A stretch of DNA of 64,000 bases from Planctomycetota bacterium. GTDB taxonomy: Bacteria; Planctomycetota; UBA1135; UBA2386. The notes beneath the pieces are model-generated. The model was not told where the DNA came from. It saw only the letters and a program-made list of their open reading frames with translations, and searched no databases. Both the position numbers and the translations under genes were made by a program. The stretch spans positions 128,001 through 192,000 of the forward strand of contig CANMWZ010000003.1 of the NCBI GenBank assembly GCA_947501605.1. The letters are read 5' to 3'. Of this stretch, positions 47,851 to 58,883 are shown piece after piece (position 1 is the first letter of the stretch; each line of letters opens with the position of its first letter).

Positions 47851-47953
47851 CCTTCGGGGTGCGCGTGGAGCCTCGGTTCCATGCCCGGCACGCGACGACG
47901 GCCGCAGGCGCTGGCAACCAACTAGGTGCGGGCGCCGACACGATCATCGCAGC

Positions 47954-49315
47954 ATGGCGGCAGTCGCCGCGATTGCCCATGATCCTCTGGTGAGCGCAAC
48001 CGACATCCCGACGCCGCAGTCTGATGCCGCTGTGAGAGCGGTGTTGCGCGTCCTCCACTGTGAGGACCGCGAGGAACTCACCATCGGGGGCCTTGCGGTG
48101 CGTTCGCTGGTGCACGAATTCGGCTCCCCGCTCTACCTGTTTGACGCCGACGCCATCCGTCGTCGCGCCGCCCTCGTGCACGCAGCCCTCGGCCCGCGCG
48201 TCGCGCTGCTGTTTTCGATCAAGGCGAATCCAAACCTCGCGATCACTCGACTCCTGCGCGAATGCGGGATCGGTGCCGAGATCGCCTCGCTGGGAGAACT
48301 CGAAGTCGCCCTCGCCGCCGGGCACGCGGCTGCGGCGCTGCGCTTCGCCGGCCCCGGCAAGACCGATGCCGAGCTAACGACCGCGTTGCAGTCCGGCCTC
48401 GGTTGCGTGCACGTGGAGTCAGCAAGTGAAGTGGCGGCGCTGTCGCGAATCGCGCGTTCGCTTGGCCGGCGAGCAGGCGTCGCGGTGCGCGTAAACCTCA
48501 CCAGCAAAGCCCTCGGCGGTCGCCTCCGCATGGCGGGTTCGGGCGCCAGATTTGGCGTCGATCAGGATCAAGTACCCGAACTGCTGACTGCAATCGCGGG
48601 CAATGACGCGCTGCAACTCCGCGGCCTCCACGCCTACAACGGCACACAGTGCTTTGATGCCAACGCCTTTGTGCACGGCGCCTCTCTGCTGTGCGAACTG
48701 GCAGCAGCCTTTGAGCGCAAGCTGTCGGTGCGCTTGTCCGAACTCGACCTTGGCGGCGGATTCGGTGTGCCGACGTATCTCGGAGACCCGCAGTTCGACC
48801 TTGATCGAGCCGGCTTGTTGCTACAACCAGTGCTCGACCATCATGACGCCCCGCATCGACGCTACTTCGTCGAACTCGGGCGCTACCTGACCGCCGAGGC
48901 CGGCGTCTACGCCAGCACGATCGTGCGGACGAAGACCAACGGCGGACGCCTGCACCTCGCCCTCGACGGCGGTCTACACCATTGCGCCGTCGCCGCCGGC
49001 AGCGGCAGCGTGCTTCGTCGCCCGGGGCTCGTGGTCCATGCCAGCGCGCTGCAGCAACCGGCCGCCGCCACCGTCGCCATTGGCGGCCCCTTGTGCACGC
49101 CGCAAGACCAGTTCGCCGACGCGGTGCAGCTGCCGCCGTGCGCCGAGGGCGACGTCCTCGCCGTGCTGTCGGCCGGGGCCTACGGCCTCAGCTACAGCCC
49201 GATCGGATTCCTCGGGCATCCGACGCCCGCCGAGGTGCTGATCGACGGCGGCGCGGCCCGGATCGTGCGCGCCCGTGGGACAGCGCTCGACGCGCTACGC
49301 GGCCAACGACCCTGA
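47954..49315 (+). CDS. Fold-type III PLP-dependent decarboxylase (LysA/BtrK-like)
   Basis: FSIKANP, EIASLGE, GPGK, LDLGGGFG, ELGRYL, GPLCTPQD, GAYG. Confidence 0.88.
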   Translation: MAAVAAIAHDPLVSATDIPTPQSDAAVRAVLRVLHCEDREELTIGGLAVRSLVHEFGSPLYLFDADAIRRRAALVHAALGPRVALLFSIKANPNLAITRLLRECGIGAEIASLGELEVALAAGHAAAALRFAGPGKTDAELTTALQSGLGCVHVESASEVAALSRIARSLGRRAGVAVRVNLTSKALGGRLRMAGSGARFGVDQDQVPELLTAIAGNDALQLRGLHAYNGTQCFDANAFVHGASLLCELAAAFERKLSVRLSELDLGGGFGVPTYLGDPQFDLDRAGLLLQPVLDHHDAPHRRYFVELGRYLTAEAGVYASTIVRTKTNGGRLHLALDGGLHHCAVAAGSGSVLRRPGLVVHASALQQPAAATVAIGGPLCTPQDQFADAVQLPPCAEGDVLAVLSAGAYGLSYSPIGFLGHPTPAEVLIDGGAARIVRARGTALDALRGQRP

Positions 49316-49395
49316 CCAAGACACTGCCGGCGCGGTGGCATGACCAACCAACGCCGAGGCCGCCGCGCGCGGATTCGTGTGCCATACTTCTTCGC

Positions 49396-49884
49396 ATGCT
49401 TCGTCCGTCCTACTCCCTGTTCGGTCTCGCGTTGCTGGTCTGCACCTTGGCAGCCTGCGGCGGCAGCGAACCTACGGGCCCCAACCCAAGCGGCGCGGAC
49501 AACCCCGGTGCGGCGGGAACCATGCCCGTGGACCAAGCCGAACCACGCGACATCCAAGAGAAACTGGTGCCTGGAAAGCCAGCCGTCACGGAACCCATCG
49601 AGCTCGTGCGCGAGATCGAACGGCTGCTGGACAGTGTGACGGATCGAGCTTCCGCCATGGACAAGCGCATCGCGATCGACGGCCGCCTGCTGGCGCTGCG
49701 CAAGAAACTGCCCGACTGGGAACATCTGCACAGTGCCGCCCGCGAACTGTTGAAGCCCCATGGGGAAGAAGGCCAGATCCTCGCCGACCGCGTGCGGAGC
49801 AAGGCCTTGGCACTCGCCGAGAACCCTGCGGTCAAGGCGATCCTCATGCCCTACCTGCAACAGGTGCAGGACCTGCTGAAGTGA
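49396..49884 (+). CDS. Hypothetical lipoprotein
   Basis: Lipobox LAAC followed by GG; helical C-terminal domain. Confidence 0.7.
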   Translation: MLRPSYSLFGLALLVCTLAACGGSEPTGPNPSGADNPGAAGTMPVDQAEPRDIQEKLVPGKPAVTEPIELVREIERLLDSVTDRASAMDKRIAIDGRLLALRKKLPDWEHLHSAARELLKPHGEEGQILADRVRSKALALAENPAVKAILMPYLQQVQDLLK

Positions 49885-49933
49885 CCGATCGGCGCGCCGA
49901 GCCGCCCCCAACTCCGCGCGACGTCGACGCCGA

Positions 49934-51052
49934 TCAGTGAGCGGCAGAGGCCGCAAGGTCGGCAATCGCCTGACAGAGCTTCATCACCGGCACGCCTTCT
50001 AGATTGCACATCACGACCGCCACGACGCGCGACTCCGGCAGCAGCACCAACGCCGTGCTGACGCGCGACTGGGCGCCGCTGTGCGACCACTGCAGGTGCT
50101 CGGTGCGCATCGCAATCGACAGTCCCAGCCCATAGCCCGTCGACTTGCCGTCCGTCGACGTTTGCGGCGTCGCCATCACGGCGCGCTGTTCTAGCCGCAA
50201 CAACGTGCCGTCCAGCAGCGCAACACCAAAGCGCGCGAGGTCCTCGACATTGCTGCACAGACCGCCGCCGCCGATCTTGTAGCTGCTGTCCATGAGCGCA
50301 CTGTTTTGCAGTTCGCCCTGTCGGCGCACGTAGCCCTGCGCCCGACCCTTCAGGATCCGCCGCTGGTCGTCGGACTGCAAGGACAGGGCCTTCGCCGGCG
50401 TTGCGATGTGCATGCCGACGTAGTCCGAGAACGTCTGCCCACTCGAAACCTCAACCGCGGCCGCCGCCAGGCTGTAGCCGTAGGTGCTGTAGCGGTACTT
50501 GGTGCCCGGCTCGTGCAGCAAGTCGTCGTCGCAGAAGCGCGACAAGCCGGCTCGCTGCGACGCGAAGTGCACGGTGCTCTCCGACTCGCCGAGGCGGTAG
50601 TGACGCACGCCGCCAAGGTGCCCGAGCACCTGGCGCAACGTCACCGGCCACGGCTTCTGCGGCCATTCGGGCACGACCCCGTGCAGGTCCGCGTCGAGCT
50701 CCAGTTTGCCAGCAGCGACCAACTGCATCACTGCGACGGCCGTCACCGGCTTGCTGATGGATGCGAGGCGGTACACCGTCTTCTCGTTTGCCGGCACATC
50801 GTTCTCGAGATCCGCCAGGCCGAGGCCGCCTGCGAACACGACGTCGGCATCGCGCGCGAACGCGAAGGAGAGACCTGGGATCGCGTGCTCGGCGCGGAAG
50901 GCGGCAGCCCGCTCGCTGGCGCGATCGCAGAGTTCGGCAGTTCGTGGGACTGCGGTCCCCTTGCCGTTGCCGCCTTGCGTCTCTTGGCCGACCAGCGGCG
51001 CGAGCACGAACGCGGTCGCGACGAGGATCCGACGCATCGCCAGCGAGTTCAT
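49934..51052 (-). CDS. Serine hydrolase, beta-lactamase/AmpC-like family
   Basis: IPGLS, ASISK (SxxK), YST, HSG; signal peptide. Confidence 0.88.
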   Translation of the reverse strand: MNSLAMRRILVATAFVLAPLVGQETQGGNGKGTAVPRTAELCDRASERAAAFRAEHAIPGLSFAFARDADVVFAGGLGLADLENDVPANEKTVYRLASISKPVTAVAVMQLVAAGKLELDADLHGVVPEWPQKPWPVTLRQVLGHLGGVRHYRLGESESTVHFASQRAGLSRFCDDDLLHEPGTKYRYSTYGYSLAAAAVEVSSGQTFSDYVGMHIATPAKALSLQSDDQRRILKGRAQGYVRRQGELQNSALMDSSYKIGGGGLCSNVEDLARFGVALLDGTLLRLEQRAVMATPQTSTDGKSTGYGLGLSIAMRTEHLQWSHSGAQSRVSTALVLLPESRVVAVVMCNLEGVPVMKLCQAIADLAASAAH

Positions 51053-51519
51053 GCGGTCAAGAACTCGATCGCGCCCGCTGGCAAGAAGTAGAGGATCAAC
51101 ATCTCGCCGCCGCGCACCGTCGGCACGTGCACGGAGTCCTTGCCATAGACCACCCAGCCTTCTGGTTTGCCGTCGAACTTCGGCTCGCCGCTGCGCGTGA
51201 AGCACAGATCGATCTCGCCGTTGGGATGCCGGTGCTTGGGCCCCGCCTTGTCCATCAACACAGCATCGACCGAGAAGCCGAATAGATCCTTGGCAACGCG
51301 ACCGAACCGGATGCCGCCGCTTTCCTTTGGCAGCAGCCACTCGGACGCGATGGCGGCCAATGCTGCCGCCTTCAGGTGCTCGATCTGCGCTCCCCGATGG
51401 GGCAGCAACTGTTCGCAGCGAAGGGCGGCATCCTCGTGCTCGACATCAACAGCCCGCAACGCTTCCGCAAACGGCTGCAGCAACGCAGTGAACTGCTCCT
51501 TGGTCATCGGCGTAGTCAT
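51049..51519 (-). CDS. DUF4863 (PnbB-like cupin) protein
   Basis: IRFGRV, FSVDAV, GPKHRHPNGEIDL, GWVVY, ILYFLPAGAIEF. Confidence 0.75.
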   Translation of the reverse strand: MTTPMTKEQFTALLQPFAEALRAVDVEHEDAALRCEQLLPHRGAQIEHLKAAALAAIASEWLLPKESGGIRFGRVAKDLFGFSVDAVLMDKAGPKHRHPNGEIDLCFTRSGEPKFDGKPEGWVVYGKDSVHVPTVRGGEMLILYFLPAGAIEFLTA

Positions 51520-51574
51520 CGCCCCCCTTTGTAGCAATCCGAGTGCGCGCGCTCCATCGCCCCACTGCCGAGAG

Positions 51575-52108
51575 CTACTTGGCCTTTGGTCGAAAAACCT
51601 GGACGACCGCCGGGTTGCCTTCCAGCCGCGGTCCACCGATAAGGTCGATGCAGTAGGGAATCGCCGGAAACACCGCATCGAGGCACACTCGGATTGACCC
51701 CGGTTTGCCAGGCAGCGTGACCACCAGCGCTTGGCCACAAATGGCCGCCGTCTGCCGCGACAGGATCGCGGTCGGGACGCCCGCGCGCAGCGACGCCGCG
51801 CGCATCTGTTCGCCGAAGCCCGGCAGTTCCTTGTGACAGACCTGGGCGATCGCTTCCGGTGTGACGTCGCGCGGCGAGGGCCCGGTCCCCCCCGTAGTGC
51901 AGATCAGGCAACAGCCCGAGTCTTCGAGAGCGCGGATCGACGCCGCGATGAGCAGCACGTCGTCTTTGACCATGCGGCGATCGAAGGCACACTCGGTCGC
52001 GAGGTAGTCGCGCAGCGCAGCTTCGATCGCGGGGCCCGACTCGTCGGCGTAGAGGCCGAGCGAGGCGCGATCGCTGATCGTCAGAATGCCGATGCGAGGA
52101 AGGCTCAC
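51575..52108 (-). CDS. mog: Molybdopterin adenylyltransferase
   Basis: ISDRAS, TTGGTGPSPRDVTPEA, AILSRQ, LPGKP, AIPYCIDLIGG. Alternative start 52147. Confidence 0.92.
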   Translation of the reverse strand: MSLPRIGILTISDRASLGLYADESGPAIEAALRDYLATECAFDRRMVKDDVLLIAASIRALEDSGCCLICTTGGTGPSPRDVTPEAIAQVCHKELPGFGEQMRAASLRAGVPTAILSRQTAAICGQALVVTLPGKPGSIRVCLDAVFPAIPYCIDLIGGPRLEGNPAVVQVFRPKAK

Positions 52109-52133
52109 GCTGCGCGAGGCGTCGACAAAGGGC

Positions 52134-52928
52134 TCAGCCGTTCCCACCGACAGACTTCTTCGGCGGCTCCTCGAGCAGCTTGGACCGAACGAACTCGCGG
52201 TTCATCTCGGCGATCACCCGCACCGGGATTTCCTTCGGACACACGGCCTCGCACTCGTACTGGTTCGTGCAGTTGCCAAAGCCCTCCGCATCCATCGCCG
52301 CGACCAAGCTTCGCGCCCGCGTGTCGCGCTCGACGCGACCCTGTGGCAGATGCATGAAGTGGGAGACTTTGGCGCCGACGAACAGCATCGCTGAAGCGTT
52401 CTTGCAAGCCGCGACGCAGGCCCCGCAGCCGATGCAAGTCGCGGCGTCGAACGCCCGGTCGGCGTCTTCCTTGGGCACGAGAATGGCGTTGGCATCCTGA
52501 GGCGAGCCCGTGCCGACGGAAACGAACGCGCCCGCCTGCACGACCCGGTCAAAGGCGCCGCGGTCGACGACCAGGTCCTTGACCACCGGGAAGGCTCGCG
52601 CACGCAACGGCTCGATCCAGATCTCGGCGCCGTCGCGGAAGCTGCGCATGTGCAACTGGCAGGTTGTGGTGCCGCGTTCCGGCCCGTGTGGAACGCCGTC
52701 GATGACGACTCCGCACGACCCGCAGACGCCTTCGCGGCAATCGTGATCGAAGGCGACGGGCTCCTCGCCCTTCTTGATCAGTTGCTCGTTGAGGATGTCG
52801 AGCATCTCGAGGAACGACATGTCGGGCGACACGTGGTCCAGCGTGTAGCGGACCATCTTGCCGTCTTGGGCGAAGTCGTTGGCAGAGGACGCCTTGCTCT
52901 GACGCCAGATGTTGAGAGTGACCTTCAT
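52134..52928 (-). CDS. sdhB: Succinate dehydrogenase/fumarate reductase Fe-S subunit
   Basis: [32 protein letters not shown]. Confidence 0.95.
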   Translation of the reverse strand: MKVTLNIWRQSKASSANDFAQDGKMVRYTLDHVSPDMSFLEMLDILNEQLIKKGEEPVAFDHDCREGVCGSCGVVIDGVPHGPERGTTTCQLHMRSFRDGAEIWIEPLRARAFPVVKDLVVDRGAFDRVVQAGAFVSVGTGSPQDANAILVPKEDADRAFDAATCIGCGACVAACKNASAMLFVGAKVSHFMHLPQGRVERDTRARSLVAAMDAEGFGNCTNQYECEAVCPKEIPVRVIAEMNREFVRSKLLEEPPKKSVGGNG

Positions 52929-52942
52929 CGCTCGCGTCTCGC

Positions 52943-54853
52943 TCACTTGTAGCTCCGCACCGCGAGGTGCACGTTCTCGAACTCCAACTGCTCTTCGTGT
53001 CGAACCGGCGTCTTGTCGCGCCCGGCGTACTCCCACACCGCCGCGTGGCGGAACTTGTCGTCGTCGCGCTTGGCCTCGCCGTCGTCTTGCCATTCCTCGC
53101 GGAAGTGGCCACCGCACGACTCACGCCGCTCGAGCGCGTCGCGGCACATCAGTTCGCCGAACTCCAAGAAGTCGGCAACACGACCAGCCAGTTCCAGCGA
53201 TTGGTTCATCGTGGCTCCGCTACCGAGGACTTTGACGTCGGTCCAGAACTCGGCGCGCAACGCTTGAATCTCCGCGATCGCCTGCTTGAGGCCCGCCTCG
53301 CTGCGCTGCATGCCGCACTTGCTCCACATGATCTTGCCCAGGGCGCGGTGGAAGTCGTCGACAGTGCGCTTGCCTTGGATCGACAGGAACTTCTTGGTCA
53401 TCGCGTTGACCTCGGCAATCGCCTGTTGGAACTCAGGTCGGTCCGGGCTCACCGCGCCTGGCTTCTGGCCGGCAAGGTAGCCACCGATCGTGTAGGGGAT
53501 GACGAAGTAGCCGTCCGCCAAACCCTGCATCAGGGCCGAGGCCCCGAGGCGGTTGGCGCCGTGGTCGCTGAAGTTCGCCTCGCCGAGCACGAACAATCCA
53601 GGGATCGTCGACTGCAAGTCGTAATCGACCCACAGTCCGCCCATCGTGTAATGGACCGCCGGGAAGATGCGCATCGGCTGCGAGTACGGATCCTCAGCGG
53701 TGATCTTCGCGTACATGTGGAACAGGTTGCCGTATCGCGCCGCGATCGCATCCTTGCCCAGACGCTTGATGCTGTCGCGGAAGTCGAGGTAGACACCGAG
53801 GCCGGTCTCGCCGATGCCCCGGCCCTCGTCGCAGACCTGCATCGACGCGCGCGAGGCGATGTCGCGGGGAGCGAGGTTGCCGTAGCTCGGATACTTGCGC
53901 TCGAGATAGTAGTCGCGCTCGCCGTCAGGGATGTCGGCGGGCTTGCGCGTGTCGCGGGCCTTCTTCGGCACCCATACGCGGCCGTCGTTGCGCAGCGATT
54001 CTGACATCAACGTCAGCTTCGACTGATGGTCGCCGCTGACGGGGATGCAGGTCGGATGGATCTGCGTGTAGCACGGGTTGGCGAAGCCAGCGCCGCGCTT
54101 GTAGCTGCGCCACGTCGCCGTGACGTTGCAGCCCTTGGCATTGGTGCTCAAGTAGAACACGTTGCCGTAGCCACCAGTCGCGAGCACGACAGCATCGCCC
54201 TGATGCGCCGTGACCTCGCCGGTGACGAGGTTGCGAACGATGATGCCCTTGGCGTGACCATCGACGACGACGAGGTCGAGCATCTCGGTGCGCGAGAACA
54301 TCTTGACCGCGCCGAGCCCGATCTGCCGCGACAGCGCCGAGTAGGCGCCGAGCAGCAGTTGCTGACCGGTCTGACCGCGGGCGTAGAACGTGCGCGACAC
54401 CTGCGCCCCGCCAAAGCTGCGGTTGTCGAGCAGACCGCTGTACTCCCGCGCGAACGGCACGCCCTGCGCGACGGCCTGGTCGATGATGTTCACGCTGAGT
54501 TGGGCCAGTCGGTAGACGTTGGCCTCGCGGGCGCGGAAGTCACCGCCCTTCACGGTGTCGTAGAACAGGCGCCAGACGGAGTCGCCGTCGTTGCGGTAGT
54601 TCTTGGCCGCGTTGATGCCACCCTGGGCCGCGATCGAGTGAGCGCGCCGCGGGCTGTCCTGGAAGCAAAAGCACTCGACCTGGTAGCCGAGTTCCGCCAG
54701 CGACGAGGCGGCCGAGGCGCCAGCGAGCCCAGAGCCCACCACAAGGACCTTGTACTTCCGCTTGTTGGCGGGATTGACCAACTTCAGTTCGAAGCGGCGC
54801 TTCTCCCACTTGTCTTGGACGGGACCATCGGGAATGCGTGCGTCGAGATTCAT
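52943..54853 (-). CDS. sdhA: Succinate dehydrogenase/fumarate reductase flavoprotein
   Basis: [44 protein letters not shown]. Confidence 0.96.
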   Translation of the reverse strand: MNLDARIPDGPVQDKWEKRRFELKLVNPANKRKYKVLVVGSGLAGASAASSLAELGYQVECFCFQDSPRRAHSIAAQGGINAAKNYRNDGDSVWRLFYDTVKGGDFRAREANVYRLAQLSVNIIDQAVAQGVPFAREYSGLLDNRSFGGAQVSRTFYARGQTGQQLLLGAYSALSRQIGLGAVKMFSRTEMLDLVVVDGHAKGIIVRNLVTGEVTAHQGDAVVLATGGYGNVFYLSTNAKGCNVTATWRSYKRGAGFANPCYTQIHPTCIPVSGDHQSKLTLMSESLRNDGRVWVPKKARDTRKPADIPDGERDYYLERKYPSYGNLAPRDIASRASMQVCDEGRGIGETGLGVYLDFRDSIKRLGKDAIAARYGNLFHMYAKITAEDPYSQPMRIFPAVHYTMGGLWVDYDLQSTIPGLFVLGEANFSDHGANRLGASALMQGLADGYFVIPYTIGGYLAGQKPGAVSPDRPEFQQAIAEVNAMTKKFLSIQGKRTVDDFHRALGKIMWSKCGMQRSEAGLKQAIAEIQALRAEFWTDVKVLGSGATMNQSLELAGRVADFLEFGELMCRDALERRESCGGHFREEWQDDGEAKRDDDKFRHAAVWEYAGRDKTPVRHEEQLEFENVHLAVRSYK

Positions 54854-55536
54854 GCGACCGCCTTGACCAACCCGAGCATCGGGGCGAGTGCGAGCAGGAT
54901 GTTGCCACCGGCGACCAGCGCCGCGAGCAGGAACGACAAGGACTTGATCTTCGGTGTGTAGCGCGCGTGGTTGACGCCGATCGTCTGCGCGAACGACTGC
55001 AGACCATGGCTCAGGTGGAAGAACAGCAGCACCTGGAACGCGATGTAGGCGAACGCGATCGGCGCCTGGCTGAAACTGGCCACGACCATCGCGTAGACGT
55101 CGTGTCCGCCGCCGCCTTGCTTCAGCACGTAGTCATCCCCGTGGACGGCACCAAACGTGAAGTGCATCAGGTGGTAGACGACGAATGCCAGCAGGGAGAG
55201 GCCCGAGAGCAGCATCGAGCGCGACGCAAAGGTCGCCTGGATGGTCTCCTCCCGTGCGTAGGGCACCGGCCTCGCCTTCTTGTTGGCGCGGCTCAGCCGG
55301 ATGGCGGTCGCCACGTGCAGCACAAAGATCGCCAGCAACGAGAGGCGCGCCACCCACAGCAGCGGGCCCAGGTCGGCAAGCATCTTGGCGTAGCCATTCA
55401 GCTTCTCGGGCCCGGCGAAGATCTGGAGATTGCCAACGAGGTGCGCGACCACGAAGAGGAAGAGCAGAACGCCCGTGATAGCCATCAGCGTCTTGCTGCC
55501 GATGGACGAGCGCCAGAATGCGTGGGTCCGGCTCAT
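54850..55536 (-). CDS. sdhC: Succinate dehydrogenase cytochrome b558 subunit
   Basis: [13 protein letters not shown], four TM His ligands (AHL, LHV, YHL, FHL). Alternative start 55578. Confidence 0.92.
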   Translation of the reverse strand: MSRTHAFWRSSIGSKTLMAITGVLLFLFVVAHLVGNLQIFAGPEKLNGYAKMLADLGPLLWVARLSLLAIFVLHVATAIRLSRANKKARPVPYAREETIQATFASRSMLLSGLSLLAFVVYHLMHFTFGAVHGDDYVLKQGGGGHDVYAMVVASFSQAPIAFAYIAFQVLLFFHLSHGLQSFAQTIGVNHARYTPKIKSLSFLLAALVAGGNILLALAPMLGLVKAVA

Positions 55537-55764
55537 GTAGGTTTGCGGCCGAACAGGATCGGGGGTGAGGGTCAGCATTGCAACATGCCGCTCAGGTCGA
55601 TGTCGCTCGTGGCGGGACTGCGCCCAACTGGCAGAATGCAGCCGAGGACGCTTTAATGCGTCACTTCGACCGCGCGCCCGGCGCGGATGCCGAGCCCACG
55701 CAAGGCAACCGTTATTCAGTGTCCCTGCAGCTCCCCAGTCCCCTCAGCTCTCCCAGGAGGTTCC

Positions 55765-58053
55765 ATGCCCCGTCCCGCTTCCCCCAGGCTCGCGCCCGTA
55801 TGCGGAGTTCTCGCCGCCCTCGTAGCCGTGGTCGCCATGCCTGCCCAGCAGGTCCCGCTCCTCGGCCATTGGCATCCAGTCGCGGTCGAGAGTGGCGTGC
55901 ACGCCAACCCCATGCCGATCGCCGGAGTCGTCTGGCGCGAGTTCTTGGTTCTGCCCGAGGCCAATCCGTGGCTGCGAGTGTACTTCGCCGACGCGAACCT
56001 CGAAGGTGACAGCTATCTGCGCATCGCCTCCTTGCTCGACGGCGACGTGCAGATCCTCAATCGCAAGAGCCTGGAGCAGTGGTCGAACAGCACGGCCTAC
56101 TTCAACGGCAACGGCGTGATGATCGAGCTGGTTGCGGCGCCTGGGACCCACAAGAACTTCGTCGAGATCGAACGGGTCTTCGCCGCCGACGTGATCGCCG
56201 ATGTGCAGCCGCTGGAGACGATCTGCGGTGCCACCGACAACCGCGTCCCGAGCAGCGATCCGCGCGCCGGCCGCATCCTTGGCGTCGGTTGCTCGGGCTG
56301 GATCATCAGCACCGCCACCACCAACCCCAACGAGCGCCTGCACCTCTCGGCGGGTCACTGCTACGCCACCGGCCAGGTGCTCCAGTTCAACGTTCCAGCC
56401 TCGGCATCGTCGTGTGCCTTGATCAATCCACCGGCCAACTTCCAGTTTGCCATCGACTCCGCCGGTTCGCTGTCGAACAACGGCGGCATCGGCAATGACT
56501 GGTGGGTCTTCAAGTGCTTCCCGAACTCGAACACCGGGCTCACGACCTTCCAGGCTATGGGCCAAGCCTTCAACCTCGCGACGTCGATGCCAGCCACCAG
56601 CACGACGCTGGTCAACTGGGGCTACGGTGTCGACGGCACCCCCGCCAACGACGGCGCCAACGCCAGCAGTTGCTCGTGCGCCAGCGGCAGCGGCGCTCGC
56701 AACCAGACGCAGCAGACACACACCGGCCCCTTGACTGCGGTCAGCGGCACGACCATCACCCACCAGGTCGACACCTGCGGCGGCAACTCGGGCTCGGTCG
56801 TCGCCATCAATGCCACCGGCGTCGCCATCGCGATCCACACCAACGCCGGCTGCACGACGACCACGGGGAGCAACTCAGGTACGGCGGTGACCCTCGGCGC
56901 CTTGCAGACAGCCATCACGGCGCTGTCGACCGGCAGCTCCACACCGCCGGCAAACGACGCCTGCGCCAACGCCACGGTGCTCGCGCGCGGCAACAACGGC
57001 CCGTTCAGCAGCTTGTTCGCGACCGCTGGCTCGCCGTTCGCCTGCGTGCCGTCGGGCACGAACGATGTCTGGTTCACCTACGCCGCCACGGCCACCGGGC
57101 TGCACACCTTTGCGACCTGCTCGGCGACCCGCAACTTTGACACCGTACTCGAAGTGTTCTCGGGCACCTGCGCCGCCCTCAGCTCGCTCGCCTGCAACGA
57201 CGACAGCTGCACAGTCGGTTCGTCGGTCACGGTCACGCTGACTGCGGGCCAGACCTACCGCATCCACGTCGGCGGCTTCAACGCCGCAGTTGGCAACTTC
57301 GATATCGCCGTCACCGCGCCCAACGTTGCCGGCGACGACTGCACCGCCCCGATCCCGATCGTGCTCGGCCAGAACGGCATCTACACCAACAACGCTGCGA
57401 CGCTGTCGACGCCGGCCTGGACCTGCGGCCTCGGCAACATGAACGACCTGTGGTTCTCGTTCACGGCCAACTGCACGGCACCGACGACGTTTGCGACCTG
57501 CCCCGTCGGTCGCACCCTGGACACGGTGATGTCGATCTACTCGGGAGCCTGCGCCACTCCGACGCTGCTCGCCTGCAACGACGACTTCTGCACCCTCGGC
57601 TCGCAGTTGACCGTCAATATGACGGCGGGCCAGACCTACCTCGTGCGCGTCGGCGGCTACAACAACACGTTCGGCTCGTTCTTCTTGACGGCAGCCTGCG
57701 GCACCAGCACGGGCACGATGAGCACCAACCTCACGGCCTGTGGCTCGGCGACGTTTGCGGTAACCGGCAGCCCGAACATCCTCGGCACGCTGCAGTGCAC
57801 CGTCAGCGGCGCGACCGGCCTGCCCTTCGTCGGCTACGGCTTCAATCTGACGCCCATTCCCTTCTGCGGCTGCACGTTTGGCCACAACTGGGAAGCAGCG
57901 TTCTTCGGCAGCGTCACCAATTTGACGATCCCGTGCGATCCGTTCTTCATCGGCTTGCAGTTCGGCCTCCAAGGCATGGACCTTGGCAGCACGACCGGTT
58001 GCGCGTCGCCCCAACTCTCGACCACCAATACGGTCGTCGTCACGATCGGCTGA
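55765..58053 (+). CDS. Secreted trypsin-like serine protease with tandem Cys-rich (PPC-like) modules
   Basis: SD AGGAGG; signal peptide; LSAGHC, NDW, DTCGGNSGS triad; two ~120-aa repeats. Confidence 0.85.
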   Translation: MPRPASPRLAPVCGVLAALVAVVAMPAQQVPLLGHWHPVAVESGVHANPMPIAGVVWREFLVLPEANPWLRVYFADANLEGDSYLRIASLLDGDVQILNRKSLEQWSNSTAYFNGNGVMIELVAAPGTHKNFVEIERVFAADVIADVQPLETICGATDNRVPSSDPRAGRILGVGCSGWIISTATTNPNERLHLSAGHCYATGQVLQFNVPASASSCALINPPANFQFAIDSAGSLSNNGGIGNDWWVFKCFPNSNTGLTTFQAMGQAFNLATSMPATSTTLVNWGYGVDGTPANDGANASSCSCASGSGARNQTQQTHTGPLTAVSGTTITHQVDTCGGNSGSVVAINATGVAIAIHTNAGCTTTTGSNSGTAVTLGALQTAITALSTGSSTPPANDACANATVLARGNNGPFSSLFATAGSPFACVPSGTNDVWFTYAATATGLHTFATCSATRNFDTVLEVFSGTCAALSSLACNDDSCTVGSSVTVTLTAGQTYRIHVGGFNAAVGNFDIAVTAPNVAGDDCTAPIPIVLGQNGIYTNNAATLSTPAWTCGLGNMNDLWFSFTANCTAPTTFATCPVGRTLDTVMSIYSGACATPTLLACNDDFCTLGSQLTVNMTAGQTYLVRVGGYNNTFGSFFLTAACGTSTGTMSTNLTACGSATFAVTGSPNILGTLQCTVSGATGLPFVGYGFNLTPIPFCGCTFGHNWEAAFFGSVTNLTIPCDPFFIGLQFGLQGMDLGSTTGCASPQLSTTNTVVVTIG

Positions 58054-58061
58054 CGCGCAAC

Positions 58062-58883
58062 TCAGTGCTCGAACCGGCGGGCCTTCAAGAAGTGAAGGAC
58101 CTGCCGGCTGGTTGCGGGCGAGGACGCGATCGCCGTGTGCGAAAGAGCAAGCACGATGCGATCCGCCGCACCTGCCAGCGAGGCCTCGACAACGGCAACC
58201 GTGCCGTCGTCGTCACCCGGAATGGAGGTGTTTCCCTCGCCGAGGTTGCCAACGACGACGCCGCTGCGTTCGACGAACCGGATTGGGCGGGCGTGGATCG
58301 GATCGCCGGGACTCAGCTGCAGCGCGGCGCCCGTTCCCATGATCCACGGGAACGGCCACCAGTGCTTGCGCAGATCGCACAGCACTGCGCCGCGATGCGG
58401 CACGGCGACGTAGACGCACGCAAACGGTAGGCGCGCATCGGACCGCCGAAGATAGTCCTGGATCACGAGCCCACCGAGCGAGTGACCGACGAACGCGACC
58501 TCCACCGGCGATCTGCAGGCGGCGACGGCAGCCTCGGCGACCGACGCGAGCCTGGCACTCGCCTCCTCGATGGTCATGGCCGTGCTCGGATAGCCTTCGT
58601 TGCAGACGACATAGCCGTGCGCCTCCAGTGCGCGCTGCAGGCATTTCATCGCCCATTGCGATCGCCAGAGCCCATGTTGGAGCACGACGAGACGAGTCCT
58701 GCCGTCGTTGTCGGCGCGGAGTGCAGGGTCGAGCGGTAGATCGCCGAGGTTCCATGCGACATCGAATGGCAACGACGGCGGCATGCCGAACAGCACTGCT
58801 GCCCCATAGAGCCCTGCGAGGGTCCCGATCACCAACCCACCAGTGCGGCACCGCGACGGCCGCGCGCGGTCAGACGCCGTCAT
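58062..58883 (-). CDS. Alpha/beta hydrolase (lipase/PGAP1-like)
   Basis: LQHGL, YPS, VGHSLGG, PHRG, DDGTV, H. Confidence 0.82.
   Translation of the reverse strand: MTASDRARPSRCRTGGLVIGTLAGLYGAAVLFGMPPSLPFDVAWNLGDLPLDPALRADNDGRTRLVVLQHGLWRSQWAMKCLQRALEAHGYVVCNEGYPSTAMTIEEASARLASVAEAAVAACRSPVEVAFVGHSLGGLVIQDYLRRSDARLPFACVYVAVPHRGAVLCDLRKHWWPFPWIMGTGAALQLSPGDPIHARPIRFVERSGVVVGNLGEGNTSIPGDDDGTVAVVEASLAGAADRIVLALSHTAIASSPATSRQVLHFLKARRFEH

Noticed and set aside
49934..51052. Antibiotic-resistance beta-lactamase
   Set aside because: Generic SxxK serine hydrolase family; nothing indicates beta-lactam specificity.
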